Assembly (NCBI GenBank): GCA_963662465.1
Contig: OY759599.1
Location: 4,672,001 to 4,736,000, forward strand
Direction: 5' to 3'
Length of the DNA: 64,000 bases
Source: Desulfatiglandales bacterium
GTDB taxonomy: Bacteria > Desulfobacterota > DSM-4660 > Desulfatiglandales > Desulfatiglandaceae
Numbering within the stretch: position 1 is the stretch's first letter; each line of letters begins with the position of its first letter. Of the stretch, positions 30,489 through 40,151 are shown piece after piece. Below the pieces are notes generated by a model. That model was not told the DNA's origin and did no database searches. It saw only the letters and a program-made list of their open reading frames with translations. The position numbers and the translations under genes are program-made.

Positions 30489-32570
30489 TCACTTTTCACT
30501 CTTCACTGCCTTTCCGGGCAGAATCGACCCCAAAACGGTTTTCAATTCCGCTATCTGATAGGGCTTGGGCATGGCGCCGCAAAACCCGTAGGCCCGAAAA
30601 TCGCTCATGACCGGATCATTGAAGTAGCCGCTGGACACGACGGCTTTCACGTTCGGATCGATGGCCATGAGCTTTTTGAGGGTCTCCACGCCGCCCATGC
30701 CGTCCTTGATGGTCAAATCCAGGATCACCGCATCAAAGGGGGTTCCAGCCGTCTTTTGGGCCTTGTACAATCGAACGGCTTCAGCGCCGTCCCCGACCGT
30801 TTGGGCATCGTACCCCAGACGATTGAGCATCTGTTGGACCAGCTTTCGAAGCATCTCTTCGTCGTCCATAAGTAAAACCCTTTTGATTTCGGATTTGCCT
30901 GTCGATACAAAATGGGGGATGGGAAATGGGGCTTCTTCATATTCCGCATTCCGCATTCCGCACTCCCCATTCTCCAAGGCGGGGAGGAAGATGGAGACCG
31001 TGGTGCCGGCGCCCACCGTTGACTGCACGCTGATCCGCCCCCCATGTTTCGCGGTCACCGCATAGGCGGTGGCAAGGCCCATGCCCATCCCCTTTTGAAC
31101 CCCCATCCTTTTGGTGGAAAAGTAAGGGTCGAAGATCTTGCTGATGTTTTCCCTGGGGATCCCCGCACCCTGGTCGCTGATGGAAATCTTGACGTATTTT
31201 CCATGGCCCAGGGCGGCCACGGAATTCTTGAATGCTTCTCCCATCACCGTGTTTTCCGCCTTGAGCGTCAGTATGCCCCCTTCGGGCATGGCCTCCATGG
31301 CGTTTGAGAGGATGTTCCCGACGGCATAGTTCAACTGGTGGGGATCATGAAGCACGGGCCGGAGGTCTTTTGCAATAGAGAGCGTCAAGCGATAGTTTGG
31401 AGCGGGCGGCAGTTTAGCGGCGCATGCTTCGAGGGTTTCTTTTATCGACCTGGCCTTCTTTTGGGGGGCGCTCCCCTTGGACAGAAGCATGAGCCGGTGG
31501 GTCAAATCCTTGGCCCTCAGGGAAGCTTCCTCCGCGTCGCGCAGAAAAGGGAGGATGCGGCTTTCCAGCTCTGTTTCGTCCAGCGCCAGGGATACATTGC
31601 CCAGGATCATGGAAAGCAGGTTGTTGTAGTCATGGGCGATGCCCCCGGTCATCACCGCAAAGGACTCGAATTTCCGGGCCTTGTGGCGCGCTTCCTCGGC
31701 TTCCACCCGATCGGTCACATCGTCATAAATGGCCACCAGCTCACCGAAGGGGAGTTTGTACAGGCGGTTTTCCCGCCACCCTTCCCGGTCCCGGTCCCGA
31801 TAATAGCGGGGCGGCATTATTTCAGGCTCGCCCGTCCGCCACACCCGTCTCAGGGCATCCACCAGCCCGAATTTGTCCATTTCAGGGAAAAGATCCAGCA
31901 GGTTTTTCCCGATCGCCGCTTCCCGCCTGATCCGGCTGATCCTCTCCGCCGCCGGGTTGATGTCCTTAAAAACAAAATAGGCCCCGTCATCCATGGCCTC
32001 ATAAACGGCCACCCCGCTGTGGGTGTCCTCGAACATCTGCCGGTAGCGATCCTCGGTCTCCTTGAGTGTCTTTTCGGCTGTTTTGCGCTCGGTAACATCA
32101 TGGATAACGGCTCTGATTTCGGCGCCGCCGGTCTCTTCATCCCCAACGGCGACGGTTTCCAGATGGACATGGATAGCAGGGCCTTGCGGTGGAACGAGCC
32201 TCAGTTCACAAATCCCCCTGGTGTTGGTCGCCACCAGCTTCCGGAGACACAAATAGAAATGGTCCCGGTCTTCCCCGTGGACGAATTTGGAAAAGGGTTG
32301 CGACAAAAGAGCGTCCCGGTCCACCCCCAGCATGGCGGCGCATGAAAGGTTCGCCTCCCGAATCACCCCTTTCTCATCCAGGGTGAAGTACCCCACGGGA
32401 GCGAAGTCGTACAGATCCATATACCGGTCCCGCATCTTTTCCAGTTCTTGCTGGGTTTTTTGGAGCGTATCATTCTGCATCTCCAGTTCGAGCTGATGAA
32501 CCCGCAGGTCATGGGTGACCCGTTCGAGCTGTTTTACCGTCAATGGGGAAAGATTTTCATCCCTTTCCAT
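30489..32570 (-). CDS. PAS-PAS hybrid histidine kinase
   Basis: ELEMQND..YDFAPVGY, PAS x2, GGIAHDYNN, HATPase, REC (ILDLTIK). Confidence 0.92.
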   Translation of the reverse strand: MERDENLSPLTVKQLERVTHDLRVHQLELEMQNDTLQKTQQELEKMRDRYMDLYDFAPVGYFTLDEKGVIREANLSCAAMLGVDRDALLSQPFSKFVHGEDRDHFYLCLRKLVATNTRGICELRLVPPQGPAIHVHLETVAVGDEETGGAEIRAVIHDVTERKTAEKTLKETEDRYRQMFEDTHSGVAVYEAMDDGAYFVFKDINPAAERISRIRREAAIGKNLLDLFPEMDKFGLVDALRRVWRTGEPEIMPPRYYRDRDREGWRENRLYKLPFGELVAIYDDVTDRVEAEEARHKARKFESFAVMTGGIAHDYNNLLSMILGNVSLALDETELESRILPFLRDAEEASLRAKDLTHRLMLLSKGSAPQKKARSIKETLEACAAKLPPAPNYRLTLSIAKDLRPVLHDPHQLNYAVGNILSNAMEAMPEGGILTLKAENTVMGEAFKNSVAALGHGKYVKISISDQGAGIPRENISKIFDPYFSTKRMGVQKGMGMGLATAYAVTAKHGGRISVQSTVGAGTTVSIFLPALENGECGMRNAEYEEAPFPIPHFVSTGKSEIKRVLLMDDEEMLRKLVQQMLNRLGYDAQTVGDGAEAVRLYKAQKTAGTPFDAVILDLTIKDGMGGVETLKKLMAIDPNVKAVVSSGYFNDPVMSDFRAYGFCGAMPKPYQIAELKTVLGSILPGKAVKSEK

Positions 32571-32572
32571 TT

Positions 32573-33088
32573 TTACCCCCCCTCTCGATGTTTCATTTCA
32601 GTGGGCGCCATCCAATAACCCATACATCTTCTTAAATGATCTATCTCAACTTCAAGTCCGCGGTTTCGACGTTTTAACGCTTCCGCCAGGGCACGCTTTT
32701 CTTTTCGCGAAGTTCGTTTTTTTAAAGCCCGTTTCACGGCATCCACCAGCACATCGGCATGCGCCAGGGGTTTCATCAGATAATCGGCGGCGCCCCCGTC
32801 CCGCATGGCCCCGATGACCTGCTCAAAGGTGAGAAAACCGCTCAGAACGATGATTTCCACGTCATCTTCCTCCTTTCTAATACGCTTCAGGAACGCCACG
32901 CCCGGAATATCAGGGATTCGCATATCCATGATCACCACATCAAAGGATTTCCATTGAAGGCGCTTCAGGGCCTCTTCACCGCTGCCGGCGCAGGTGATGC
33001 AAAGCCCCTCCCGCGCGAGAATCGCCTCGATGACCCGGCAAATATCCGGATCACCATCCACAACCAGGATCGATGCTTTCATTTTCAC
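32573..33088 (-). CDS. Response regulator (REC plus coiled coil)
   Basis: ILVVDGD, IMDMRIP, LSGF, MKPL. Confidence 0.85.
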   Translation of the reverse strand: MKMKASILVVDGDPDICRVIEAILAREGLCITCAGSGEEALKRLQWKSFDVVIMDMRIPDIPGVAFLKRIRKEEDDVEIIVLSGFLTFEQVIGAMRDGGAADYLMKPLAHADVLVDAVKRALKKRTSRKEKRALAEALKRRNRGLEVEIDHLRRCMGYWMAPTEMKHREGG

Positions 33089-33146
33089 CTTCCCATAACC
33101 CGCTATCAGGGTGGAAACCAGGTATTCTCAATTCCTTATTCTTCTT

Positions 33147-33428
33147 TCATTGACGCCCTTCCCGTGACTTGGGCATGCAACTTGGACATCCATCGGTTTT
33201 TCCCTCACCGCAGGGCCATTCGTAACAGAAGGCCGAAACGGCGGTGGGATACTCATAGTCATGGGAGGCTTTCACATTGAATCTGTGGGGACACCGGGAA
33301 CAACTCCATTTTTCCCAATTGGATTGAACCGCGTAATCCAGACAATTCCTGTAGCGGGAACAGAAGATGTTCCGCTCTCCACGCTCAGGCCTCGGATCTC
33401 CCTTAATTTCCATTGATTGCTCTCTCAA
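33147..33428 (-). CDS. Small Cys-rich hypothetical protein
   Basis: RNIFCSRYRNCLDYAV...WSCSRC; 8 Cys in 93 aa. Confidence 0.6.
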   Translation of the reverse strand: MREQSMEIKGDPRPERGERNIFCSRYRNCLDYAVQSNWEKWSCSRCPHRFNVKASHDYEYPTAVSAFCYEWPCGEGKTDGCPSCMPKSREGRQ

Positions 33429-33791
33429 ATTTTCAACTCGACGCGCCAGGCCTTCTTAAATCCGAAATCCGAAAACCGAAATTGAAAATCATTCCACGGG
33501 CAGCCGACGCGACACCTATAATCCTTTGGGGTCGGTCGGTCCGGGGGCCGGATTCTTCCGTGACATGATCATTTTTACCCCATCGAAAAAAGCTTGTATA
33601 TCGGGAAAACACTGAAACGGCATCAGGAAATCACTTAAAAAACAATCAGGTTTTTCCTGATTGACATAATGCGAACAGGGACCTCCCGATGTCCTCGATG
33701 TCCATTGATTGAAAGATCTTTACAGTATTGAGAAATATTGATATGCCTTTTACGAATAATATTTTTTGAAAGTCGTTGTGGGGAAACAAGA

Positions 33792-34979
33792 ATGAAGATC
33801 GAGTCAATACGTCTAAAAAATTTCAAGACCTTTCAAAATGCGGAATTAAATGATTTGCCCAACTTCTGTGTTTTAGTGGGTGCTAACGGCGCCGGAAAAA
33901 GCTCAATCTTTAGCATATTCGGTTTTATGCGAGATGCACTTGCCACCAATGTAACGACCGCTTTAATGAAACTCGGAGGAAGCCGCGGATTTCAAGAAGT
34001 CCGGAGCCGTAACACCAAGGGACCTATTGAAATTGAACTCAAATTTCGTCCTAAGCCTGATAGCCCACTAACCACCTATTTTCTGCAAATTGGAGAAAAA
34101 AAGGGAAAGGGAGTAGTTGAGCGTGAAATATTAAAGTACCGAAGAGGGCGTAGTGGGCAACCCTGGCATTTTCTTGATTTTACCAGGGGAAGGGGTACAG
34201 CCGTTACAAATGAGCTTGATTCTGTAACTGATGTGAAAGATCTCAACAGGGAAGAACAAACTTTAAAGTCACCCGATATCTTAGCTGTAAAAGGATTAGC
34301 TCAATTTGCAAGATTTCCTGCCGTAATGACACTTGGAAACCTCATTGAAAACTGGCATGTTTCGGATTTTCATATTAGCAAAGCACGACCGGAGCAAGAC
34401 GCAGGTTACGCGGAACACTTATCACGCGAAGGCGAAAATTTATCTCTAATTGTTCAGTATTTACATGACCACCACCATCTAATTTTTGAAAAAATCCTTG
34501 ATCTCCTGAAAAAAAGAGTGCCTGGCATTACTAATGTCGATTCTAAAACTACCGAAGAAGGAAGAGTTCTTCTTAAGTTTCAAGATGGTAAATTTGAAGA
34601 TCCTTTTCTTGCTAGATATGTTTCTGATGGCACCATAAAAATGCTCGCATATCTCACACTCCTTTATGACCCGGAACCTCACCCGCTGCTCTGTGTTGAG
34701 GAACCTGAGAATCAACTTTATCCTAAACTCTTATGGGAATTAGCCGAAGAATTCCGTGCCTATGCCAATAGAGGCGGCCAGGTTTTTATCTCAACGCATT
34801 CGCCGGATTTTTTAAACGCAACTAGACTTGAAGAAGTGTTTTGGCTCGTAAAAAAAGATGGCTATTCCCAAATTAGACGAGCCAGAGATGATGAACAAAT
34901 AGTCGCCTTTATGGCTGAAGGCGACCAAATGGGATATCTCTGGGAGCAAGGTTTCTTAGAAGGAGTCGATCCGACATGA
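33792..34979 (+). CDS. ABC/AAA_21-type ATPase
   Basis: GANGAGKS Walker A, VSDGT signature, LCVEEPEN Walker B, STHS. AT-rich. Confidence 0.9.
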   Translation: MKIESIRLKNFKTFQNAELNDLPNFCVLVGANGAGKSSIFSIFGFMRDALATNVTTALMKLGGSRGFQEVRSRNTKGPIEIELKFRPKPDSPLTTYFLQIGEKKGKGVVEREILKYRRGRSGQPWHFLDFTRGRGTAVTNELDSVTDVKDLNREEQTLKSPDILAVKGLAQFARFPAVMTLGNLIENWHVSDFHISKARPEQDAGYAEHLSREGENLSLIVQYLHDHHHLIFEKILDLLKKRVPGITNVDSKTTEEGRVLLKFQDGKFEDPFLARYVSDGTIKMLAYLTLLYDPEPHPLLCVEEPENQLYPKLLWELAEEFRAYANRGGQVFISTHSPDFLNATRLEEVFWLVKKDGYSQIRRARDDEQIVAFMAEGDQMGYLWEQGFLEGVDPT

Positions 34980-35323
34980 GAACCTTTGTGTTTTTTCTCG
35001 AGGAGCCCTCAGCCAGAGAAATGCTCGACGGCATTCTTCCTCGAATACTACCGGATGGTATTTTTATTCGTTATGTTGTATTTCAGGGCAAGCAGGATCT
35101 TGAAAAGAATCTGAAGTTAAAATTACGCGCTTGGAAGCTGCCAGACTGTAGTTTCATCGTTATGCGTGATCAAGATTCGGGGAATTGTAAAGAAATAAAA
35201 ACGAAATTGGCGAATATTTGTAAAGATACGGGTAAGACGGAAGTATTGATTCGGATTGCCTGCCATGAATTGGAGAGCTTCTATTTAGTGCCTGAACGAA
35301 AAAGCCGTTCAGGCGCCAAATAG
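34976..35323 (+). pseudogene. DUF4276 (TOPRIM-like) partner protein, 3'-truncated
   Basis: FFLEEPSA, FQGKQDL, RDQDSG, ELESFYL, then breaks at a hairpin element at 35288. Confidence 0.75.
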
Positions 35324-35382
35324 GATAGTCAGGTTACGCATCTCGTGAACTTCCGTATCAGGATTTTCGCGATTCAGGCGCC

Positions 35383-36048
35383 CTACGCCTTGATAAGCCC
35401 CTTGCGAATGGCCAACCGCGCCAAATCCACCACGCTGTCCGCCTCAAGCTTTTGCATAATATGATACCGATGGCTTTCAGCGGTCTTGGGACTGATAAAA
35501 AGCGTCTTGGCAATATCCTTGCTGCTTTTTCCTTCGGCCAGCAGCAGAAACACCTCCATCTCCCGCCGGCTGAGGATTTGGTCAATCTCATTTTCCCCGG
35601 CGTGCTGTCCCAGGGTTTCCATGTGCCGCAACAGAATGGTGGGGGCCTTGGTGCTGAAATAGGTGCCGCGGCCTTTGACGGCCTTTAAGGCCATGATCAG
35701 CTCCGAGAGGGGGTCTTCCTTGAGGACAAAGACAGAGATGCCTTCCCTGAAAAGCGACACCACATACGCCTTGTCCGAGTGCATGGTGTAGATGATAATG
35801 GGGGTGTCGGGCAACATCCGTCTAAGTTTTCGCGTGGCCCCGATACCATCGAGCCGGGGCATGGAAATGTCCATGATGATGATATCCGGTTTCAGGTTTC
35901 CAGCCTTCTTAACGGCCTGATGCCCGTCAAGGGCTTCCCCCACCACCTGAAATTCTTCTTCCTTCTCAAGGGCGCGCCGGATGCCTTGGATTACCACCCG
36001 GTGATCATCCACCAGAAGGATGGTGGATTTCGGATTGTTGGTTGTCAT
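35383..36048 (-). CDS. NarL/FixJ family response regulator
   Basis: LLVDDH, MDISMP, LuxR HTH (LSRREMEVF..IAKTLFISPKT..HR). Confidence 0.93.
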   Translation of the reverse strand: MTTNNPKSTILLVDDHRVVIQGIRRALEKEEEFQVVGEALDGHQAVKKAGNLKPDIIIMDISMPRLDGIGATRKLRRMLPDTPIIIYTMHSDKAYVVSLFREGISVFVLKEDPLSELIMALKAVKGRGTYFSTKAPTILLRHMETLGQHAGENEIDQILSRREMEVFLLLAEGKSSKDIAKTLFISPKTAESHRYHIMQKLEADSVVDLARLAIRKGLIKA

Positions 36049-36066
36049 AGCGTTCTCCGAGTGGAT

Positions 36067-37812
36067 TTAAAGTGGAATTTCCGCAAGGATGTGCGTTCCC
36101 TTCCCCTTCGCCGATTCCACCGTCAATTCACCCCCTGCCTGAAAAGCCCGCTCCCGCATGATGAGGAGTCCCAAAGAACTTTTGCCGTCAACAAATTCCA
36201 GGCATGACAAGGGGTCGAAACCGATGCCGTCATCTTCCACGCTCAGGCAGATGTTTCCCGTTATCGTTGTGAGGTTCACGTGTACATTCCGGGCGTCGGC
36301 GTGTTTCATGATGTTGTGAACCGACTCCTGGGCGATTCGGTAGATCGCCAATTCCTTTTGGGAATTGAAGCGCAGGGGGATCTCCAAAGAAAAAAAGTGG
36401 GTTTTCACGCTTTTTTGTTCCAATTCCTTGAGCAACCGCCCCAGGGACTGCTCCAGGCCGAAGGCATTCAGAATACCCGGCCTCAACCCGGCGGCAATGC
36501 TTTTGATGTCATGGAGTACATGGCTTGTTTTATGAACGGCGCCGGCCAATTTTTCCGAAATCTCCGGATTCCCGGTTGAAAATTCAGGAGGGATGATTTC
36601 CAGATCCATCTTCAGACTGGTGAGCTGCTGGCCCACCTGGTCGTGAAGATCTCCGGCAATGCGGGCCCGCTCCTCCTCCAGAAGATCGATAAGCCTTTTG
36701 GAAAGGAGGACTCTTCGCGACTGTTCCCGCCGCAGCGCTTCATTGCTTTTCATCAGGGATGTTTCCAGCTTTTTCTGAGCGGTTATCTCTTTGGACACCA
36801 CGGTCACGGATCGAACCCTGCCGTCAGGTCCCTTGACCGGACTCAGGGTGAGCAGGTAATACCGACCCTTATGGTGGTGTTCGTGATGCACGGACCCGCC
36901 TGTCCGGAACACCAGACGGACCCGGTCCATGAAGCTCCCTGTCTCTTCTTCATCATGAAATTCCCCATACCACCGGCCCGGGACTTCTTCCGGCGTGAAA
37001 CCGTACAGGGACCGGGTCCGGTTGTTCATGAAAAGATACTCGCCTTTTTGGTTCACCAGGTAGATAAAATCGTCCGTGGATTCCACCAGGGACCGGTAGC
37101 GGTTTTCACTCACACGCAACGCCTCGGCAATCCGGTCTTTTTCGCTGAGGGCCTCCTTCAGTTTTTTGTTGAGGGTCTCCAGCTCCAGGGTCCGCGCCGT
37201 CACCCGCGTTTCCAGCTCATCACGGGCTTCGCGGAGCGCCCGTTGCGCCCCCTTGAGACAAGAGATATCCGTTACGGTGATCAGAAGAGAATCCGCCTCC
37301 CTGTGAAATTCAAGGTTCAGTTTAACAAAAAAAGGCGCACCGTCCCCCTTGACCAAACGGAGTTCAAAGGTCTGTGCATGCTCTGTTTGAAGGATCTGTT
37401 TTCGATGCAGGTAGAAAATGTCCTGGTCTTCCCTTAAAATCAGGCGGCTAAAGGGAATCCCCATCAGGGCGGTCCGCTCGACCCCCACCAGGGATGCGCC
37501 GGTAAAATTGGCATTCTGAATGAGTCCGTTGGGCGTACAAACGAAGTACCCCACGGGGGCGAAGTCATAGAGATCCGCATACTTCCCGAGGGACGCATCG
37601 AGGGCCAGCTGGGTGCCGCGAAGCTCATGGTTTTGCATTTCCAGCTCAATCTGGTAGACCCGCAATTCTTCAATGAGCCGATCCGCGTCAGACGGAGGTC
37701 CCTTTTGGTTTTGAGCCGCCCCGGCGGCCAGCAGGGCCTCCGCGCGGCTTCGGAGGGTCTGTTTCGCATCATCCATAGGTACTCCTCGCATCTCAATCCT
37801 CTTTGGTCTCAA
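36067..37812 (-). CDS. PAS-PAS HisKA_3 (NarX-type) sensor kinase
   Basis: ELEMQNHEL..YDFAPVGY, EEERARIAGDLHDQVGQ, YRIAQES, EDDGIGF, LGLLIMRER. Confidence 0.92.
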   Translation of the reverse strand: MRPKRIEMRGVPMDDAKQTLRSRAEALLAAGAAQNQKGPPSDADRLIEELRVYQIELEMQNHELRGTQLALDASLGKYADLYDFAPVGYFVCTPNGLIQNANFTGASLVGVERTALMGIPFSRLILREDQDIFYLHRKQILQTEHAQTFELRLVKGDGAPFFVKLNLEFHREADSLLITVTDISCLKGAQRALREARDELETRVTARTLELETLNKKLKEALSEKDRIAEALRVSENRYRSLVESTDDFIYLVNQKGEYLFMNNRTRSLYGFTPEEVPGRWYGEFHDEEETGSFMDRVRLVFRTGGSVHHEHHHKGRYYLLTLSPVKGPDGRVRSVTVVSKEITAQKKLETSLMKSNEALRREQSRRVLLSKRLIDLLEEERARIAGDLHDQVGQQLTSLKMDLEIIPPEFSTGNPEISEKLAGAVHKTSHVLHDIKSIAAGLRPGILNAFGLEQSLGRLLKELEQKSVKTHFFSLEIPLRFNSQKELAIYRIAQESVHNIMKHADARNVHVNLTTITGNICLSVEDDGIGFDPLSCLEFVDGKSSLGLLIMRERAFQAGGELTVESAKGKGTHILAEIPL

Positions 37813-38621
37813 CCCATTAAACAGGGCCTGCGTGCGGCCGATGTTTCATCCAGTCGTTCCACCTTGCACCGTTTTGGCGCATCGCGCAAAAGATCAGGGG
37901 TTTCCGCGGCTTCCGTTGCCACCATACGGCACGCCTCGATAAACCGATCGATCTCTTCCCGGGTCTCGGTCTCGGTGGGCTCAATCATCATGGCGCCCTC
38001 CACCACCAGGGGGAAATAAATGGTGGGCGGATGAAAACCGAAATCCATGAGGCGTTTGGCCATGTCCAGGGTGGTGATCTTTTGGCGCCGTTGAAATTTA
38101 TCGGAGAAGACGCACTCATGCATGCAGGGCCTGTCATGGGGAATTCTTCGCTCAGGCGATAAACGCCGGCCTTTTCCAGAATCCTGGGAATCGGCAGAAA
38201 GGGCATCAGGTGCGAGGCCACGCATATGGGGCCGGACCCCGGACCGCCCCCGCCGTGAGGCGTGGAAAAGATTTTGTGAAGGTTCAGGTGCAACACATCC
38301 ACGCCGCTCCGGCCCATATGAACCATCCCCATGACCGCGTTCGGGGGCATCTTCAAGGGCATGGTTCACCTCGATAACCTCTCCCGCAACCGGCATATAC
38401 AGCTCCGCCACGGCCTTGACCGACTCGACAGTGCCGAACTCATCCCCCTGTTGAAATTTATCCCCCGGTTGAGGGGGCTCCACAAACACGATATCGCCGA
38501 GCTGTTCCTGTGCATAGTCGGTGACACCGATGGTTGCCGCATCGCCCTCCGGTTTTGCCCACTCATGATCTTCTGTGTAGCGCAAATCTTCCGGCAGATC
38601 CAGCTCATTAATCTCTTTCAT
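37809..38621 (-). pseudogene. gcvH: Collapsed glycine cleavage operon: gcvH 5' part fused to two gcvPB fragments
   Basis: GcvH (YTEDHEW, ESVKA) runs to about 38340. Gcv[19 protein letters not shown] follows in another frame, then [34 protein letters not shown]. Confidence 0.9.
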
Positions 38622-38769
38622 GATAAGCTCCCTTAATTGGCCGAAACGATAATCAAGGCCGTTAATGATTAACTTTCTGTCTTATCCAGACTATCTCCAT
38701 GGCCTCATGCGGACTATTTGCCGTGAGTACCACACATACCCGAACCTTTCCAGCATTATCCTTGCCGTT

Positions 38770-39222
38770 ACCATTCACTTTATTTTCCAGAAAATCGATT
38801 CGGTCGTGTAACCCGCAAAGTACCGTGGTCACGGCTTCGGGACCGGTGTAATACAGAAGAAACGCCTGTTCGTGGTTCATCGCACAACCTCCAGCTTGCT
38901 TCTGAAGTCGCGCACAAGGGGATAGCCGTATACGTATTTAATGGAGCGAATGACCTTGCGTGTTGGGTTGTCTTTCCCTCTACCCGTGGTTTTCCCCAAC
39001 AGGGCCCAATTGGCGGCTCGGTAACAAGTGCCTTTAAACCGCTCGCTATCGACAAAAGTCTCCAGCCAGTAAACAGGATGGTGGTAGAGATTCTCCCAAT
39101 CCGATGAAATATGCCTGGCGCATTTTGACAGCAGATGTCAAGCCAGGAAGGGAGACTTCACCCAGGGAAAAATCAAGAAGCGGAGATTGTAAGCCAACAG
39201 ATGGAGATTTTTCTTGCGGGTT
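38770..39222 (-). mobile_element. Remnant of a DUF4338 gene plus an IS66-type transposase N-terminus
   Basis: NLHLLAYNLRFLIFPWV..LA*HLL..DWENLYHHPVYWLETFVD..FKGTCYRAANW..GKTTGRGK ends in an ATGA overlap with MNHEQAFLLYYTGPEAV. Confidence 0.7.
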
Positions 39223-39375
39223 TAAGGAAATATCTGCTTTACTTATGGGTTGACTTCTGTAAACAAAGTAGGACTATCCGGCAAGACCGCCGAAAAAACC
39301 GCCGAGGTGGTGCAACTGAAACAGACCGGGGAGACGGAAGATATCCGGGATAAGCTGAACCAGGGGTGGCAACAA

Positions 39376-39633
39376 TTACACAAAGAAGGATTTCAAAACG
39401 AGAGCGGCGATACCAGCCAAAACAAAACCGAGCATCCATTTCATGAGCTTGAGTTCACCATTTATCCTAACCTCAAGGGCTTCAAGATCCCTTTTTGTGG
39501 CCAAGTCCTCAAGAGTGGTTTCCTGAGAGTCTTTAAAAGCATCGGAAAGTGCCTCTGCCTGACCCTCATTGAATCCGGCAGCTTTAAGCCTCTTAACGAA
39601 TTTCAGAGTATCAAACATGATGGTAGCAGCCAT
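39376..39633 (-). CDS. DUF1640/CCDC90-like coiled-coil protein with a C-terminal TM
   Basis: FDTLKFVKRLKAAGFNEGQAEAL..LATKRDL..LMKWMLG. Confidence 0.8.
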   Translation of the reverse strand: MAATIMFDTLKFVKRLKAAGFNEGQAEALSDAFKDSQETTLEDLATKRDLEALEVRINGELKLMKWMLGFVLAGIAALVLKSFFV

Positions 39634-39764
39634 ATGATGAGCCCCTTTCTTGAATGAATATGACGGATTTTACCATGGATCACAGCCATGGACAACTTTT
39701 TATTAACAGGGACGTGCGTTAGCGTTTTCGACAGCTTCTCTTGATGATGAACCTGACGAAAATT

Positions 39765-39853
39765 TGAAACTACTGAATTCCCATAAAGCCGAATATCTGC
39801 TAATCGGCGGTTTTGCGGTGGGTTATCACGGCTATCCGAGGGCAACTGGAGAT
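39765..39853 (+). pseudogene. Nucleotidyltransferase-fold gene fragment
   Basis: KLLNSHKAEYLLIGGFAVGYHGYPRATGD. Confidence 0.6.
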
Positions 39854-40151
39854 TACAAATCGAGAAATCCGTGGAAATCCGGATTGTTCTAAAACGGCCA
39901 CATAAAAACTCGGTGCTTCAAAGGGTTCACTGGCTGGCGGTCATTTTTTTGGGGCGCTCAGCTGATAAAGGGTCTCATCGTATAGCCTCAATGATGGGCT
40001 CATTGTTCTATTATGGCGAGGTGGGTCCATATCGAAATGGGTCAGTAGCGATTTTTATTTTCGAAGCGCTTGACAAATTAAACACTGCCTTTGTATAGGT
40101 GTTAGGTATTCGGTGTTTTGGAATCTTGATGCTTGACAGAGCATAATCCGG

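Noticed and set aside
4704..39140. TGA recoding or selenocysteine (in-frame TGA at 4704, 14418 and 39138)
   Set aside because: Many intact genes end in TGA, an in-frame TAA also occurs (23115), and the positions are not Cys-equivalent. Ordinary nonsense decay explains them.
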